From contig JADFNM010000001.1 in the NCBI GenBank assembly GCA_022563395.1, forward strand, positions 462,342 through 526,341: a stretch of DNA of 64,000 nt, read 5' to 3'. Shown one piece after another: positions 1 to 9,854 of the stretch. The translations under genes and the position numbers were made by a program. Position 1 is the stretch's first letter, and each line of letters opens with the position of its first letter. This DNA comes from Patescibacteria group bacterium (lineage in GTDB: Bacteria; Patescibacteriota; Minisyncoccia; Minisyncoccales; UBA10102). The notes beneath the pieces are model-generated. The model made no database searches. It was not told the origin of the DNA and saw nothing but the letters and a program-made list of their open reading frames with translations.

Positions 1-37
1 TTTAGAGTATGCTTAAGTTATTGGGAATAAAATCACT

Positions 38-523
38 ATGATATATATAATTGGATTAAATCACGGATATCAAAGTCAAACAGATACTTGGCCTCCTATT
101 CATGGTGTCCCTCTTGAAAAGAAAAGTAAAGACCAACAACAGCCATTCTTAAGATGGCTTGAATCTCAACTATTGAGCGACCCGCTGTTAGTATGGGTAT
201 TTGAGGAATGGACTTACGGTAATAGACAAATACCAAGCATTGCTTTCACTCTGGTGGAAAAGTTAAATAACGGTATTCAACATCTACAAATTGACCCCAT
301 GGATAGACTTTTCAAAGACAAATCTGAGAGCAATGAACATCGTGAAAAGATTTGGCTTGAAAAGATTCTTGCAGAGCTTAACCCTTCTATGTCAGGAAAT
401 GCATTGTTAATAGTAGGAGATGAGCATGTTAAAACAATGGAAGAGAAATTAAAGTTGAAAGGATACGAAACTAAAACAATAAGGGAAGTAACTCTACTAG
501 AATCCATATCTAAATTATCATAA
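38..523 (+). CDS. Hypothetical protein, possible TraB/TIKI/ChaN-like fold
   Basis: Motif order IIGLNH...VFEE...RE..W...LIVGDEH resembles that superfamily. Confidence 0.5.
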   Translation: MIYIIGLNHGYQSQTDTWPPIHGVPLEKKSKDQQQPFLRWLESQLLSDPLLVWVFEEWTYGNRQIPSIAFTLVEKLNNGIQHLQIDPMDRLFKDKSESNEHREKIWLEKILAELNPSMSGNALLIVGDEHVKTMEEKLKLKGYETKTIREVTLLESISKLS

Positions 524-771
524 TCTACCCTCAAAGGTAACAATATACTTCTCACGCCTTAAACCAGCTCAAAACCGGGGTTTTATGGCCGATACGGGTG
601 GTTGTAATGGGATGTCTTGCTCTTTATACACCAAGGTTTACCAAGGTTACCTACTTTCCCCATTGAAACCTGTATTAACAAGTGTTTCTTTTCTATTAGA
701 CTTAAGAAAACTTGATTATGAGATAATTTTAAGATAAAATCAACCCATTAATTCAACAGGTTTATGACGCT

Positions 772-1398
772 ATGACGCCAGAAGAAAAAATCAATTGGCA
801 TCTTTGGTGGCTTCTTCAAAAAATAAAGGAAGAGTATTTAAGTACGCCAAAGGGAGAGCCTGTAACGCTTGAGCTCGGAAACACAGAGTCTCTGGTCAAT
901 GTTAAGTTTCCCTCAATAGACAGGAGGGAGAAGCTAATGCTCAAGCTAAGAGAACTGGGGGCGATAGAACTTTTGGGAGATAGGCGCACTATCTACGGAA
1001 AAACGTTCATACTTAAAGTTTCCCAAACAAACTTTGATAAACTCTACAAAGAATACGAGCAACGCTGTAAAGATACTGCCAAAAATGAAGCGATAACGTT
1101 TGATGACGCTACCACCTCTCTAAAGATGGGCAGGAAAAAATGTCAGTTGCCTCCTTTCAAAAATGAACATTTCTTCTGTAGAGAGCTCTTCAAGTACCTT
1201 CCTAATGAGGCAGTAGACTGGTCTCTAATCTACGAAGCAATAACTGGAAATCAAGTAGATAGTAACAAGCAAAAGCAACAGAAAAACCGAAAAATGGTTT
1301 ATGATGTCTATGAAAATCTAAACAAAAGGGGAAAAGAGTTGTTTGGGATAAAGAATTGGCTAGTATGGCAAGGTAAAACCGTAAAAAGAACCCAATAG
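772..1398 (+). CDS. Hypothetical protein, possible C-terminal winged-helix regulator
   Basis: 208-aa ORF followed by an inverted repeat and a terminator. Confidence 0.6.
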   Translation: MTPEEKINWHLWWLLQKIKEEYLSTPKGEPVTLELGNTESLVNVKFPSIDRREKLMLKLRELGAIELLGDRRTIYGKTFILKVSQTNFDKLYKEYEQRCKDTAKNEAITFDDATTSLKMGRKKCQLPPFKNEHFFCRELFKYLPNEAVDWSLIYEAITGNQVDSNKQKQQKNRKMVYDVYENLNKRGKELFGIKNWLVWQGKTVKRTQ

Positions 1399-1413
1399 AC
1401 CATGACATAAACG

Positions 1414-1443
1414 GTGAGTCACCGCAATTCTCAAGTGACTCAC
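1414..1443. promoter_or_regulatory. Inverted repeat GTGAGTCAC-N12-GTGACTCAC, operator-like
   Basis: Two near-palindromic 9-mers in inverted orientation. Confidence 0.45.
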
Positions 1444-1452
1444 ACCGGAAAG

Positions 1453-1482
1453 AGTAGGCTAAAAACAAAGCCTACTTTTTTT
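1453..1482 (+). terminator. Intrinsic terminator
   Basis: AGTAGGCT/AGCCTACT stem followed by a T-run. Confidence 0.7.
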
Positions 1483-1491
1483 ATTGCCTAG

Positions 1492-1686
1492 ATGCAAGAG
1501 AAACACAATCCAAAAGAACAAATATCAGAACTTGAAAGGGCAGCAGAAATGCTTGCTCGGATATTCCTTTCGCAATTGGAAAACACTAAAGGTCGTGGCA
1601 AGAAAAGCATTGGGGTCACCCACACACAACATGCCAAAAGTACAAAACGTAAACGAAAGAATCTCCGAGCTAGAAGAGGCCGTTGA
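1492..1686 (+). CDS. Small basic protein upstream of the recombinase (candidate accessory or directionality factor)
   Basis: ATG just after the terminator; amphipathic helix ELERAAEMLARIFLSQLE. Confidence 0.45.
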   Translation: MQEKHNPKEQISELERAAEMLARIFLSQLENTKGRGKKSIGVTHTQHAKSTKRKRKNLRARRGR

Positions 1687-1727
1687 GATTCTATGGGGCT
1701 GGATGGTTCAACAATTTGAAGAAAATA

Positions 1728-2048
1728 ATGGCAAGACCTTACGCAAAAAGGAGGTACATCCAGCATGACTGGACGACCCAAAAGGAGTTTGACCTATCCC
1801 CCACAGAGGCACTTACCATAGGACTCATTGCGGGTCTCTCTATAAATACTGGGTGGTCTTACGCCTCTAAAGTCACCTTGGCAGATATTGTAAATATTAG
1901 CGTACCAACTTTGAATAACACAATACGCAGACTCAAAGATAAAAGACTGATTGTAGAAGATATAGAAAACCGTGGACCAAAGAATGTAAAGATGTTTGCC
2001 CCAACCAATAAATGGTGGGATTCCGTATACGTAGATGAAATTCTCTAG
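1728..2048 (+). CDS. Helix-turn-helix protein resembling a phage replication initiator N-terminus
   Basis: WSYASKVTLADIVNISVPTLNNTIRRLKDKRLI; in-frame ATG at 1728. Confidence 0.65.
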   Translation: MARPYAKRRYIQHDWTTQKEFDLSPTEALTIGLIAGLSINTGWSYASKVTLADIVNISVPTLNNTIRRLKDKRLIVEDIENRGPKNVKMFAPTNKWWDSVYVDEIL

Positions 2049-2313
2049 AAGAATACAAAACCACGTATTAAAATTCTTAAAGAATCACTAAAGCTTTTTT
2101 AAAAGAAGACCTAAAGTTTCTTTTGATATGGGGCCAATTTCTTTAGACAATATTAATAAACGATACTAATAAAAGTAATAATAATAAAAATATGTTTTTA
2201 TTTTTTCCTAATCCTTACTGGCTTATAAGAAATACAGCTAGCAAAACTGTGAAGAACTTGGTTGGTAGCATCATTAACAGTAACTATAATAACCTAAACT
2301 TAATTGAAGAAAT

Positions 2314-3867
2314 ATGAAAACAGAAGACAAGCAAACAGCGCTGGTATATTGCCGAGTCTCCAGCGAGGAGCAGGTCCATGGATATTCCTTAGATGCTCAA
2401 GAAAAATCTTGTAAAAGATTTGCAGAAACCAACAAACTCAAGGTACTCAAGGTTTATAGAGACGAAGGAAAAAGTGCCACCAATCTTGATAGACCTGCTC
2501 TTCAAGATCTTCTTTCTAGATGCAAAGAAAGCAAAGGGATTGAAGCAGTGATAGTCCAAGAAACAGATCGCTTGGCAAGAAAAACCCAAGACCACCTTGC
2601 TATCAAGGCAATCCTTAAAAAAGCAGGGGTGCGTCTCATCTCTGTTGCCCAACCAATGTTAGATGAAAGTCCTGAAGGCAACATGATAGACACCATTCTT
2701 GCCTCTGTAAATCAATTTCAATCAGACCTCAATGGGAGAAAAACGAAGAAAGGATTACAAGAAAAGTTTGACTCCGGTTGGTGGCCCGGACTTGCTCCTC
2801 TCGGATATCTCAACAAGTCTGTTGGTGAAAAAAATATCATAGTTAAAGATCCTACAAGGTGGGAACTTGTTAAAGAGGCAATGGCAATGTATTTGACTGG
2901 TAGCTATTCAGCAATACAAATTTCAGATACTTTATACACAAAAGGGCTTACAGGCAGATCTGGAAGAAACATCACCAATGGCATGATGATTAGCATCCTA
3001 AAAAATCCTTTCTACTGTGGAATAATGTGTAGAGACAACCAAGAAAAAACTGGTAGACATGAGGCAATGATTTCAATTGATGAACATCAGCGAATCCTTT
3101 CAATTGCACAAGCTCATGGTCAGCATGCTTCCCGCAGAAGAAAGCATGACTTTCTCCTACGAGGATTTGCACTATGTGCCATTTGTGGCCAACGATATAC
3201 TGCAGAAAAACACCGAAACGGAAAGAATGTAGACTATTATCATTGCTCAGCTAGTATCACAAAACATAGCAACAAAGGACAAAATGTAGAAGTGGAAGAA
3301 CTTGAGAAACAAGTAGAGGAAAGGTTCCAAAGCATTCAGTTCAGCAAAGACTTTATTGACCTTGTTGTTCAAAAGGTTACAAAATTCTACCGAGAGAAGA
3401 GAGCAATAAAGGAAACTAAGAAAAGGGGATTGCTGAATAAAAAGAATGGCATTGAAAAGAAAAGAGATACAGCAGAGGAAAAGCTTATTGCTGGAACTCT
3501 TTCAGATGAAGACTTCGTAAGAATGAGGGACCGATTTAAACAGGAAATTGATGTAATTCAAAATCAAATAGATGAAATAGAAAACTGGCATGAGGTAGAT
3601 ACCGACACCATACGGGAAGTTCTCATGCTCGCAAGAAACATTTATGAAGCCTACAAGAAAGCTCCCAATGAAGTAAAGAGGCTTTATCTTGGATTCTTCT
3701 GGGATAAGTTCCTGGTAAAAAACCAAAAAATAGTAAAGGCAGAACCCACAAAACTAGTGCAGACTCTCAAGAATCAAAGGAAAATTATATTAAACCTTAA
3801 CTGGGGTGGGCGAGGGGATTCGAACCCCCGATCTTCGCTGCCACAGAGCGACGCTTTAAGCCGCTAA
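2314..3867 (+). CDS. Large serine recombinase (integrase)
   Basis: YCRVSS catalytic motif, DRLAR, recombinase domain, CxxC zinc ribbon, coiled coil. Confidence 0.95.
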   Translation: MKTEDKQTALVYCRVSSEEQVHGYSLDAQEKSCKRFAETNKLKVLKVYRDEGKSATNLDRPALQDLLSRCKESKGIEAVIVQETDRLARKTQDHLAIKAILKKAGVRLISVAQPMLDESPEGNMIDTILASVNQFQSDLNGRKTKKGLQEKFDSGWWPGLAPLGYLNKSVGEKNIIVKDPTRWELVKEAMAMYLTGSYSAIQISDTLYTKGLTGRSGRNITNGMMISILKNPFYCGIMCRDNQEKTGRHEAMISIDEHQRILSIAQAHGQHASRRRKHDFLLRGFALCAICGQRYTAEKHRNGKNVDYYHCSASITKHSNKGQNVEVEELEKQVEERFQSIQFSKDFIDLVVQKVTKFYREKRAIKETKKRGLLNKKNGIEKKRDTAEEKLIAGTLSDEDFVRMRDRFKQEIDVIQNQIDEIENWHEVDTDTIREVLMLARNIYEAYKKAPNEVKRLYLGFFWDKFLVKNQKIVKAEPTKLVQTLKNQRKIILNLNWGGRGDSNPRSSLPQSDALSR

Positions 3868-3879
3868 GCTACGCCCACC
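3802..3879 (-). tRNA. tRNA-His(GUG) with G-1 and encoded CCA
   Basis: GGTGGGCG acceptor, anticodon loop ctGTGgc, GTTCGAATC. Confidence 0.95.
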
Positions 3880-3893
3880 ATAATCCCTCCATG

Positions 3894-3965
3894 TGCCCCC
3901 AGTAGGAATCGAACCTACATTCCCAGCTTAGAAGGCTAGTGCTCTATCCGTTGAGCTATGGGGGC
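3894..3965 (-). tRNA. tRNA-Arg(UCU), no encoded CCA
   Basis: Cloverleaf, ctTCTaa loop, A20 in D-loop. Confidence 0.95.
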
Positions 3966-4092
3966 TTAAAACCAAACTGCTTTGGTTTTAAGGGGCATTT
4001 TCTCTGCGAGCGATCTCGCCGCAGAGGCGAGCGCGAGGCGAGAAAATGCACCGGGTCTATAATCTACCTATTCCAACTGCTTTGCTTGTGCC
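3966..4092 (-). repeat. Structured tRNA leader, copy A (paralog at 26808-26933)
   Basis: Direct alignment with copy B. Confidence 0.9.
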
Positions 4093-4158
4093 TAGGGCCT
4101 GCTTTGGGAAACCGCTGAAGGCAGATCGTTTTACAAAGCAGGTACATTAGCCTTCAAA

Positions 4159-4187
4159 ATTATACCGAAAAATGCTGGTTTGGTCAA
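4159..4187 (-). promoter_or_regulatory. Sigma70 promoter for the leader-tRNA-Arg-tRNA-His transcript
   Basis: TTGACC-N17-TATAAT. Confidence 0.8.
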
Positions 4188-4192
4188 TTCCT

Positions 4193-4495
4193 TTACGGAT
4201 TAAACAGATCTCGGGGATTGAGAAAATCTGCTTGCTTAACCCTTGTTTCTTCCCTTTGTAACTCAGACAAAAGCTTCTCAAACACCTCTTCTTGGAATTC
4301 AAACTCAGAAGTTACTGCTTCCTCTCCTATCTGTGGGGAGAAAACCACATACTGGTAAAAGAGGACCGCAGCAATAAGGCCGGCTCCCAACACAAAGAGC
4401 AGGATTGCGACAAATGCATGCTCACCCAGAAACCACACAGCACCGCTCAATCTTTTCCCCCATTGCATCATATCTTGTTTTAAAAACTTTCTCAT
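4193..4495 (-). CDS. Membrane-anchored hypothetical protein, last gene of the pilus operon
   Basis: Single TM segment; overlaps the pilO-like stop. Confidence 0.75.
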   Translation of the reverse strand: MRKFLKQDMMQWGKRLSGAVWFLGEHAFVAILLFVLGAGLIAAVLFYQYVVFSPQIGEEAVTSEFEFQEEVFEKLLSELQREETRVKQADFLNPRDLFNP

Positions 4496-5055
4496 GGTGT
4501 TGATACTTTAGGCAAGGGCCCAGTAAACACTTGAACCAGCAAGGTAAAACTCACATCTTTCGCAATATTTTCTTCGTCTTCTAAAATCCGGTCTCTCGTA
4601 AGAAAGGTATTCTGTACCTTAAGAAGGTAGGGACCGTTCTCTAATTTCTCTAAAAAGCGAAGGAATACGGGATAGCTCACAGACGAAGCAAGCTGAAAAT
4701 CCATGATTGGCCAGGCAACCCCTTTTTGCTTTTTTACGGTGCCCGGCGTTATCTTTACTGTGAGATTTAAAGTTGCTGCAATCTTTTCTATAAATCGAAT
4801 AAAGCCAATGGGGGTTTCGGCATCCACAAAGATGTTCTCAATTGTCTCAAAGTCCTCTTCTTTCGCCTGAGATAATTTTAAGAACTTTGCAACCTCTGTT
4901 TCAGCCGAGCTTGCCTGAAGCACTTTTAAGTACTGATTCTCCAAATCCTTGGAATCTCTCTTGATTCCTCTAAGCAAAGGAAGTACTGCAAGAACTCCAA
5001 ACAAGAGGATGCCAACAAGGAGTGCCGCTGTTGCAATAATGGTTTTCTGTCTCAT
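4492..5055 (-). CDS. pilO: PilO-like type IV pilus assembly protein
   Basis: N-terminal TM, coiled coil, FLRFLEKLEN motif; follows pilM-pilN. Confidence 0.75.
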   Translation of the reverse strand: MRQKTIIATAALLVGILLFGVLAVLPLLRGIKRDSKDLENQYLKVLQASSAETEVAKFLKLSQAKEEDFETIENIFVDAETPIGFIRFIEKIAATLNLTVKITPGTVKKQKGVAWPIMDFQLASSVSYPVFLRFLEKLENGPYLLKVQNTFLTRDRILEDEENIAKDVSFTLLVQVFTGPLPKVSTP

Positions 5056-5624
5056 GGCTTGTCTTGTAACTTTGCCTGAAAAGAAAAGGTAATATCACTT
5101 GGACTCACCCAGTTTGAGGGAGGAAACACAACTTCAGCAAAAAAGGGGTTGGCCTGCAAAGCGTCCTTGAAAGAAAGCAGCTGTTCTCGGGTTTGGGCTT
5201 TTCCGGTTACGGCAATGGTGGCTGGAGTTTTTTGCACTTCACCCCCCTTCTTTTCTCTTTCAAAGGCAGGAGTGTAAGAAAAAGAGAACAGGTAGAGGTC
5301 TTGGGGAAGTGAAGAGCCAACCTCATCAAACACATCTTTGAGGAAACGGCGCTCTTGCTTGAAACTTTCGATGTTCCTCAGCTTTGAGTTCCAGTTCTTA
5401 ATCTCAGTCAAGGTAGAATCTTCCTTTGTACTCTTTTCTTCAAAGGAACTGAGCTTGAATTCTTGGGACAGGCGCTCTTTGGCAAGGGAGACCTGAATAA
5501 CCAGAAGAAAAACGCTCATGGCAAGAAGGGCAATACCAAGAACAACGCCCAAGAGGAGCACAAGACGGAACCGCTCTTCCTCTCTAAGCTTCTGGCGATA
5601 TTTTGGTGGGAGTAAATTAATCAT
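5052..5624 (-). CDS. pilN: PilN-like protein
   Basis: MINLLP N-terminus, TM, follows pilM. Confidence 0.85.
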   Translation of the reverse strand: MINLLPPKYRQKLREEERFRLVLLLGVVLGIALLAMSVFLLVIQVSLAKERLSQEFKLSSFEEKSTKEDSTLTEIKNWNSKLRNIESFKQERRFLKDVFDEVGSSLPQDLYLFSFSYTPAFEREKKGGEVQKTPATIAVTGKAQTREQLLSFKDALQANPFFAEVVFPPSNWVSPSDITFSFQAKLQDKP

Positions 5625-5627
5625 TGT

Positions 5628-6716
5628 TTACTTTGCTCCTCTCAATGCAAGCCCCAAGGCCGCCGTGTACTTTAATGATTCTCCAAAGGAGAGGAGAGGG
5701 AGTTCTTTAAGTGAGGTTTCCAAAATGTTCACCCAAGGATTTCCCAAGATAACCTCGCGTTCCAGTTCTTTTGAAAGAAACCTGGTAAACCCTCTCAGAT
5801 TTGCTCCTCCTCCAGAAACGATGACTCTCTTGATACGCTGCTGGTTTATTCCCAGATGTTGGTGAATGGTGTGGGATTCATAATAGGAAAGGTGTTTCTT
5901 GATCTGTTCCACAAGGTTCAAAAGGGGTGGCATCAAGGCCTCAAGCACCTTCTTTCCCTGTTCGTCGTCTTGTCCTTGCAAACCAAAGCTAATCTTTAAT
6001 TCCTCTGCCTTCTCTTCTGTAAGCTTTAGGGTCTCTGCAATGCTTTTTGTAAGCTGGCTTGAAGAAACAGGAATGGAGGCGGTAAAGCGCAGACTGTACC
6101 CAGAAAACACCACAAAGCTTGTTCTTGTTGCGCCAAAGTCAACCAATAACAAGGGCAGTGCAGCTGTTTCTTTTGGAACGAGGACCCGAGAAATTGCCAA
6201 GGACTCAATCTCCAGCGCCTTAACGGTCAATCCGGAATGCTCTAATGCCTCAAGGTAAGGATCCACCATGGTGCGGGGGAGGGCAGCTAACAGAACGTCT
6301 GTGTGGTCTATATAGCTGTGGAAGGGTTTTACCACTTGGTAATCTAAATATACCTTCTCAATTGAATGTGGGACATAGTTTTCTGCTTCAAAGCGCACTG
6401 CGTGTTCTAGCTCCTCTGGCTTCATGCGCGGCAACTGCATCACCTGCAAAAACGCTTGCTCTTCGGGAAGGGAAGCAACAACATATTTGGTTGAAAGTTT
6501 GCTGCCAAAACTTTTCACTGCCTCGCGGATGGTCTGTGTCAAGACATCTCCCTGTTTCACCTCCCCCCGCTCAACCACCCCGGGGGCAATGGAAAATTCT
6601 CCAAAAGCATGGAGTTGGAATCCCTTTCCCTGGCGTTTTAAGCACATAATCTTTAAAGAAAGATCTGAGATGTCTAGCCCAAAGGCTGACGGATGAAGAG
6701 TTAATGCGTTCAACAT
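5628..6716 (-). CDS. pilM: Type IV pilus assembly protein PilM
   Basis: FGLDIS, VDFGA, SGGGA actin-like motifs; ATG at 6716. Confidence 0.92.
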   Translation of the reverse strand: MLNALTLHPSAFGLDISDLSLKIMCLKRQGKGFQLHAFGEFSIAPGVVERGEVKQGDVLTQTIREAVKSFGSKLSTKYVVASLPEEQAFLQVMQLPRMKPEELEHAVRFEAENYVPHSIEKVYLDYQVVKPFHSYIDHTDVLLAALPRTMVDPYLEALEHSGLTVKALEIESLAISRVLVPKETAALPLLLVDFGATRTSFVVFSGYSLRFTASIPVSSSQLTKSIAETLKLTEEKAEELKISFGLQGQDDEQGKKVLEALMPPLLNLVEQIKKHLSYYESHTIHQHLGINQQRIKRVIVSGGGANLRGFTRFLSKELEREVILGNPWVNILETSLKELPLLSFGESLKYTAALGLALRGAK

Positions 6717-6733
6717 TCTTTTATTGTACCTGT

Positions 6734-7963
6734 CTATTCCACTTCTTTCCAGGACACAAGCTCCCACGCGCCTCCGGTGCCCGAACTGAAGATGGCTGAC
6801 GTAAGCTCAATTTCGTAGGTTATGACTGCGTTGTTTTCCAGGTGAACACCGTATCCTGTAACCACCCGCAGCTCGTCGTTATTCTCTATGAGAATCCAAC
6901 CAGCTGAGGTATAGAGGATATCAGCTACGGCGTTGTTCTTTATGTTTATTGCGGGATTGCCGGTGTTGGTGGAAAGATACATGAGATAGCTTCCTTCGCT
7001 TCCAGAACCAGAGGAGATGGTGATGTTCTGAAGAGTAATGACGCTGTCTGCCACAATGACTCCGCTCGTGCCCCCAAAGGAGACGTCGAGTCGCACTTGA
7101 GCATCATTCTTCACATCCACATTGCCCGTTACCCAGAGATTGCCAGTAAGGGTGAGTACTGCCTTGTCCGCCACCAACAGGTTCCCAACGATTTTTTGCG
7201 GCCCAAGGGAAGCGGTCTCGGTTTTGTCTAACTCATAATCTCCAAAGAAAACTCCACCGGCTTCGGCCGCATCCTTCCACCCCTGAATTTCTTCTGCGGT
7301 AATGGGAAGGGAAACGGGATCTGGAGGGGTTCCCAGAGAAACAAAGGCGCCAAAGGAGCACCCATCGTTGTCGTTCGCGTTCAGGGTTGCTGTAATATCG
7401 GCATCCTTACATTCATCTACAAACACATCTCCCACCACCGATATGTTAGAAAGATTACCGCCCAACCCCGCAACCCTTGCAGTTCCGGTGACGATGGCTC
7501 CAGAATTTCCTGTAATGTCTCCGTTGGAAAAGACGTCTCCTATTACCTGGCTATTGTTGTGCATAATCAATCCTCCATCACCTATATGAGCACCATAGAA
7601 GAACTCGGGGATGATGCCGGCAAGACGGTACAGAGCTTCCACCCTGCGAAATCGAGACGAATCATTTCCTTCAGCAACCACCAGCTTTCCTTGTGGAGTA
7701 TCTGTAACGGTCGTGGTGACTGTCGCATCCAGCACGTTAAGGGAACCCGGATTGCTCCAATTCAAGGAATTCTTGACGCGAAAGAGCGCATCTTCTACCC
7801 CGGCTTCTGCTCCATAGTATGCCTGCAAAGACGCTTTTGTGTTTTGAATGATGCGCTGTTGCGAGGAGGTCAAAACAAAAGCAGAAATCCCAATGCCAGA
7901 CAGCACAAACACCACCAAGAGGGTCAGATACAGGGCGACAAATCCTTGCTGTATATTGTTCAT
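6734..7963 (-). CDS. PilX-like minor pilin with beta-rich C-terminal domain
   Basis: QQGFVALYLTL; AYYGAEAGVEDAL; C-terminal SWKE. Confidence 0.8.
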   Translation of the reverse strand: MNNIQQGFVALYLTLLVVFVLSGIGISAFVLTSSQQRIIQNTKASLQAYYGAEAGVEDALFRVKNSLNWSNPGSLNVLDATVTTTVTDTPQGKLVVAEGNDSSRFRRVEALYRLAGIIPEFFYGAHIGDGGLIMHNNSQVIGDVFSNGDITGNSGAIVTGTARVAGLGGNLSNISVVGDVFVDECKDADITATLNANDNDGCSFGAFVSLGTPPDPVSLPITAEEIQGWKDAAEAGGVFFGDYELDKTETASLGPQKIVGNLLVADKAVLTLTGNLWVTGNVDVKNDAQVRLDVSFGGTSGVIVADSVITLQNITISSGSGSEGSYLMYLSTNTGNPAINIKNNAVADILYTSAGWILIENNDELRVVTGYGVHLENNAVITYEIELTSAIFSSGTGGAWELVSWKEVE

Positions 7964-7964
7964 A

Positions 7965-8495
7965 CTATCTCAAAGAAGCAGTGGAGGTTACTGGTACCAC
8001 GGCCTCCAGTTCTGGCCTGTTATTGGGATTTTTGTGGCGCACTTCCATAAATACTCTTAAGGAAGGAAAGTCTGTATCGGTGGAAATGGTGGTGAAAGAA
8101 AGGTTGGTGACCTCAACTGTGTTTGGAGTAAGGGCAAGGGTTGCTTCCCCTTCTTTTTTTATACACAGAGCTTCACCGCACAAGAAAAAATCAATGTATC
8201 CTAAAGTTTCCCCCGGAGGAATTGAGGTTTTAGTTTTAAGGGAAACCTGGGTCGCCGTAGTGGTGGGGAGATACAAGCTTTCTGCCTCTCTGATTTCATA
8301 CATTACGCGGTCCATTGCGAGCTGCGCCGAAGAGGTTGTTTCCTGCAACACTTGGGTTTTGGTATGGGCTTTTAGGGTCCACAAAAACAGCGTGGAAGTA
8401 ACTCCCCCAAGAATAGCAAGAACTGCAATGTACACCACGAATTCTATAATCGTGAACCCGCCTAAGTTTTTCTTTGAAAAATTTTGGTGGGTCAT
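7965..8495 (-). CDS. Prepilin (PilW-like minor pilin)
   Basis: GFTIIEF class III signal. Confidence 0.88.
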   Translation of the reverse strand: MTHQNFSKKNLGGFTIIEFVVYIAVLAILGGVTSTLFLWTLKAHTKTQVLQETTSSAQLAMDRVMYEIREAESLYLPTTTATQVSLKTKTSIPPGETLGYIDFFLCGEALCIKKEGEATLALTPNTVEVTNLSFTTISTDTDFPSLRVFMEVRHKNPNNRPELEAVVPVTSTASLR

Positions 8496-9007
8496 CTCCA
8501 GTTAGTGAGATATGTTGTTACCTGAATGTCGTGTGTTCGCTGACGTTCCTCCCAGAAAACAGTGACCGTGACTTTTTTGGTTTGAGGGTCAAGAGTTCCT
8601 CCTGATTCTACAATATTGTCTGCCGCATCGCGCTCCACAAGATCCACCACAACCTCCCTTGTGAAGATTCCAAGGGTTTCCTGGCCCAAAAGAAGCTGCC
8701 ATCGTGGAGGGGTATCTCCTGAAAGTTCAAGGTGGAGTGATACTCCGGTAGTAACCTGCCCCAAACCATCGTAGTTGTTGCCAGGATCATCATCCGTCCA
8801 CCCCGTGTTGTCTCGATAGTTCTTTAGCGCCTCCACATATTCTTTAGCGAAAAAAGAGGCCTGGGTGGTTTGCTTAAACAGGGAAGCTGTTCTCAAAGAA
8901 AAGGTGCTAAAAGAAATCGAGGCTGAAATTGCCACTCCAATAATCATAATAACGACGAGCAACTCAATGATAGAGATTCCTCTACTGTAATTCCGGTGTT
9001 CCAGCAT
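8492..9007 (-). CDS. Prepilin (PilV-like minor pilin)
   Basis: GISIIEL class III signal; start taken at ATG 9007. Confidence 0.85.
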   Translation of the reverse strand: MLEHRNYSRGISIIELLVVIMIIGVAISASISFSTFSLRTASLFKQTTQASFFAKEYVEALKNYRDNTGWTDDDPGNNYDGLGQVTTGVSLHLELSGDTPPRWQLLLGQETLGIFTREVVVDLVERDAADNIVESGGTLDPQTKKVTVTVFWEERQRTHDIQVTTYLTNWR

Positions 9008-9854
9008 AAATGGATGTTCCTTGTGTTGTGATTCCTGTTGCATCATAGGAAATGAGGTTGCCGGTTGCGTCTCCCGACAACTCAATTTCTAGGGACTTGG
9101 TGTTTTTATCTCTCCTACGGTGCAAAGAAAACAGGGTCCCTTGCGTAACATCGTTCAAAAGGTGGGTATGGATTTTGAGATGCTGAGTTTCCCCCTCTGA
9201 TACCACATCTCCCTCCCAGAAAATCTGGTCCGCTGACATATTGTCTAGAATCGGGAAAGAAAAGGTGGTATCGGGAAATATCAGACGCACGCTTTCGGTG
9301 GTTGTGGCAATATCTCTCCCTTGGTAGGAGAGATGAACGTGTCTTGAATCCACCACCCGGTCCTCATCTGAGGGCGGGGTTGCGGTTCCCTCTTCAACTG
9401 TACCAGAAGAAAGAATACTCACGGTTTTTGTGTAAGTTGGATCTGCAATCCGGCGGAACGTAATAGTTCCTTGTACGCTCGCTTGCCCGGTCAAGCGCAA
9501 AAATACCACTTCATTTCCTCCGCCCAAGGAAATTACGGAAATCTCAATTGTCTTTGAAAGCTCTGTAACCTGGTCTTCTGCAGGATCCCTTGCTGCATAG
9601 CTTGAACCTTGAAACAGGGTATACTGGTTGGGAGTGCTCAGGGTATCAAAGTACACGCCGTACTGCAAAGCTCCCTCTGAAGCTAAGGTGCGGCTCTTTG
9701 CAAGACGCAAAGTTGCTACCACTTCCTTTCCGGTGTTTTCCAAATAAGACACCTGCTGAAAGGAACGCAACTGAGGGATACTCAGCCCCAAAAAGAGAAC
9801 AATAATCCCCACAACAACAAGTATTTCAATCAAAGTAAATCCTCTTTGTTTCAT
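8982..9854 (-). CDS. Prepilin (FimT/FimU-like) with C-terminal extension
   Basis: GFTLIEIL; LRLAKSRTLA. Confidence 0.88.
   Translation of the reverse strand: MKQRGFTLIEILVVVGIIVLFLGLSIPQLRSFQQVSYLENTGKEVVATLRLAKSRTLASEGALQYGVYFDTLSTPNQYTLFQGSSYAARDPAEDQVTELSKTIEISVISLGGGNEVVFLRLTGQASVQGTITFRRIADPTYTKTVSILSSGTVEEGTATPPSDEDRVVDSRHVHLSYQGRDIATTTESVRLIFPDTTFSFPILDNMSADQIFWEGDVVSEGETQHLKIHTHLLNDVTQGTLFSLHRRRDKNTKSLEIELSGDATGNLISYDATGITTQGTSIYAGTPELQ

Larger units (their letters stand above)
1..3867. mobile_element. Right end of an AT-rich integrative element inserted at the 3' end of tRNA-His; left boundary lies outside the window
   Basis: Visibly more AT-rich than the rest of the window; orphan ORFs, HTH gene and large serine recombinase abutting the tRNA 3' end. 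Confidence 0.8.

Noticed and set aside
4040..4155. Twister ribozyme or group I intron remnant in the tRNA leader (UAAUGUA, ACAAGC, AGAUUAUAGACC)
   Set aside because: I could not form the twister P2/P4/pseudoknot pairings or the intron P3/P7 core; the tRNAs are uninterrupted
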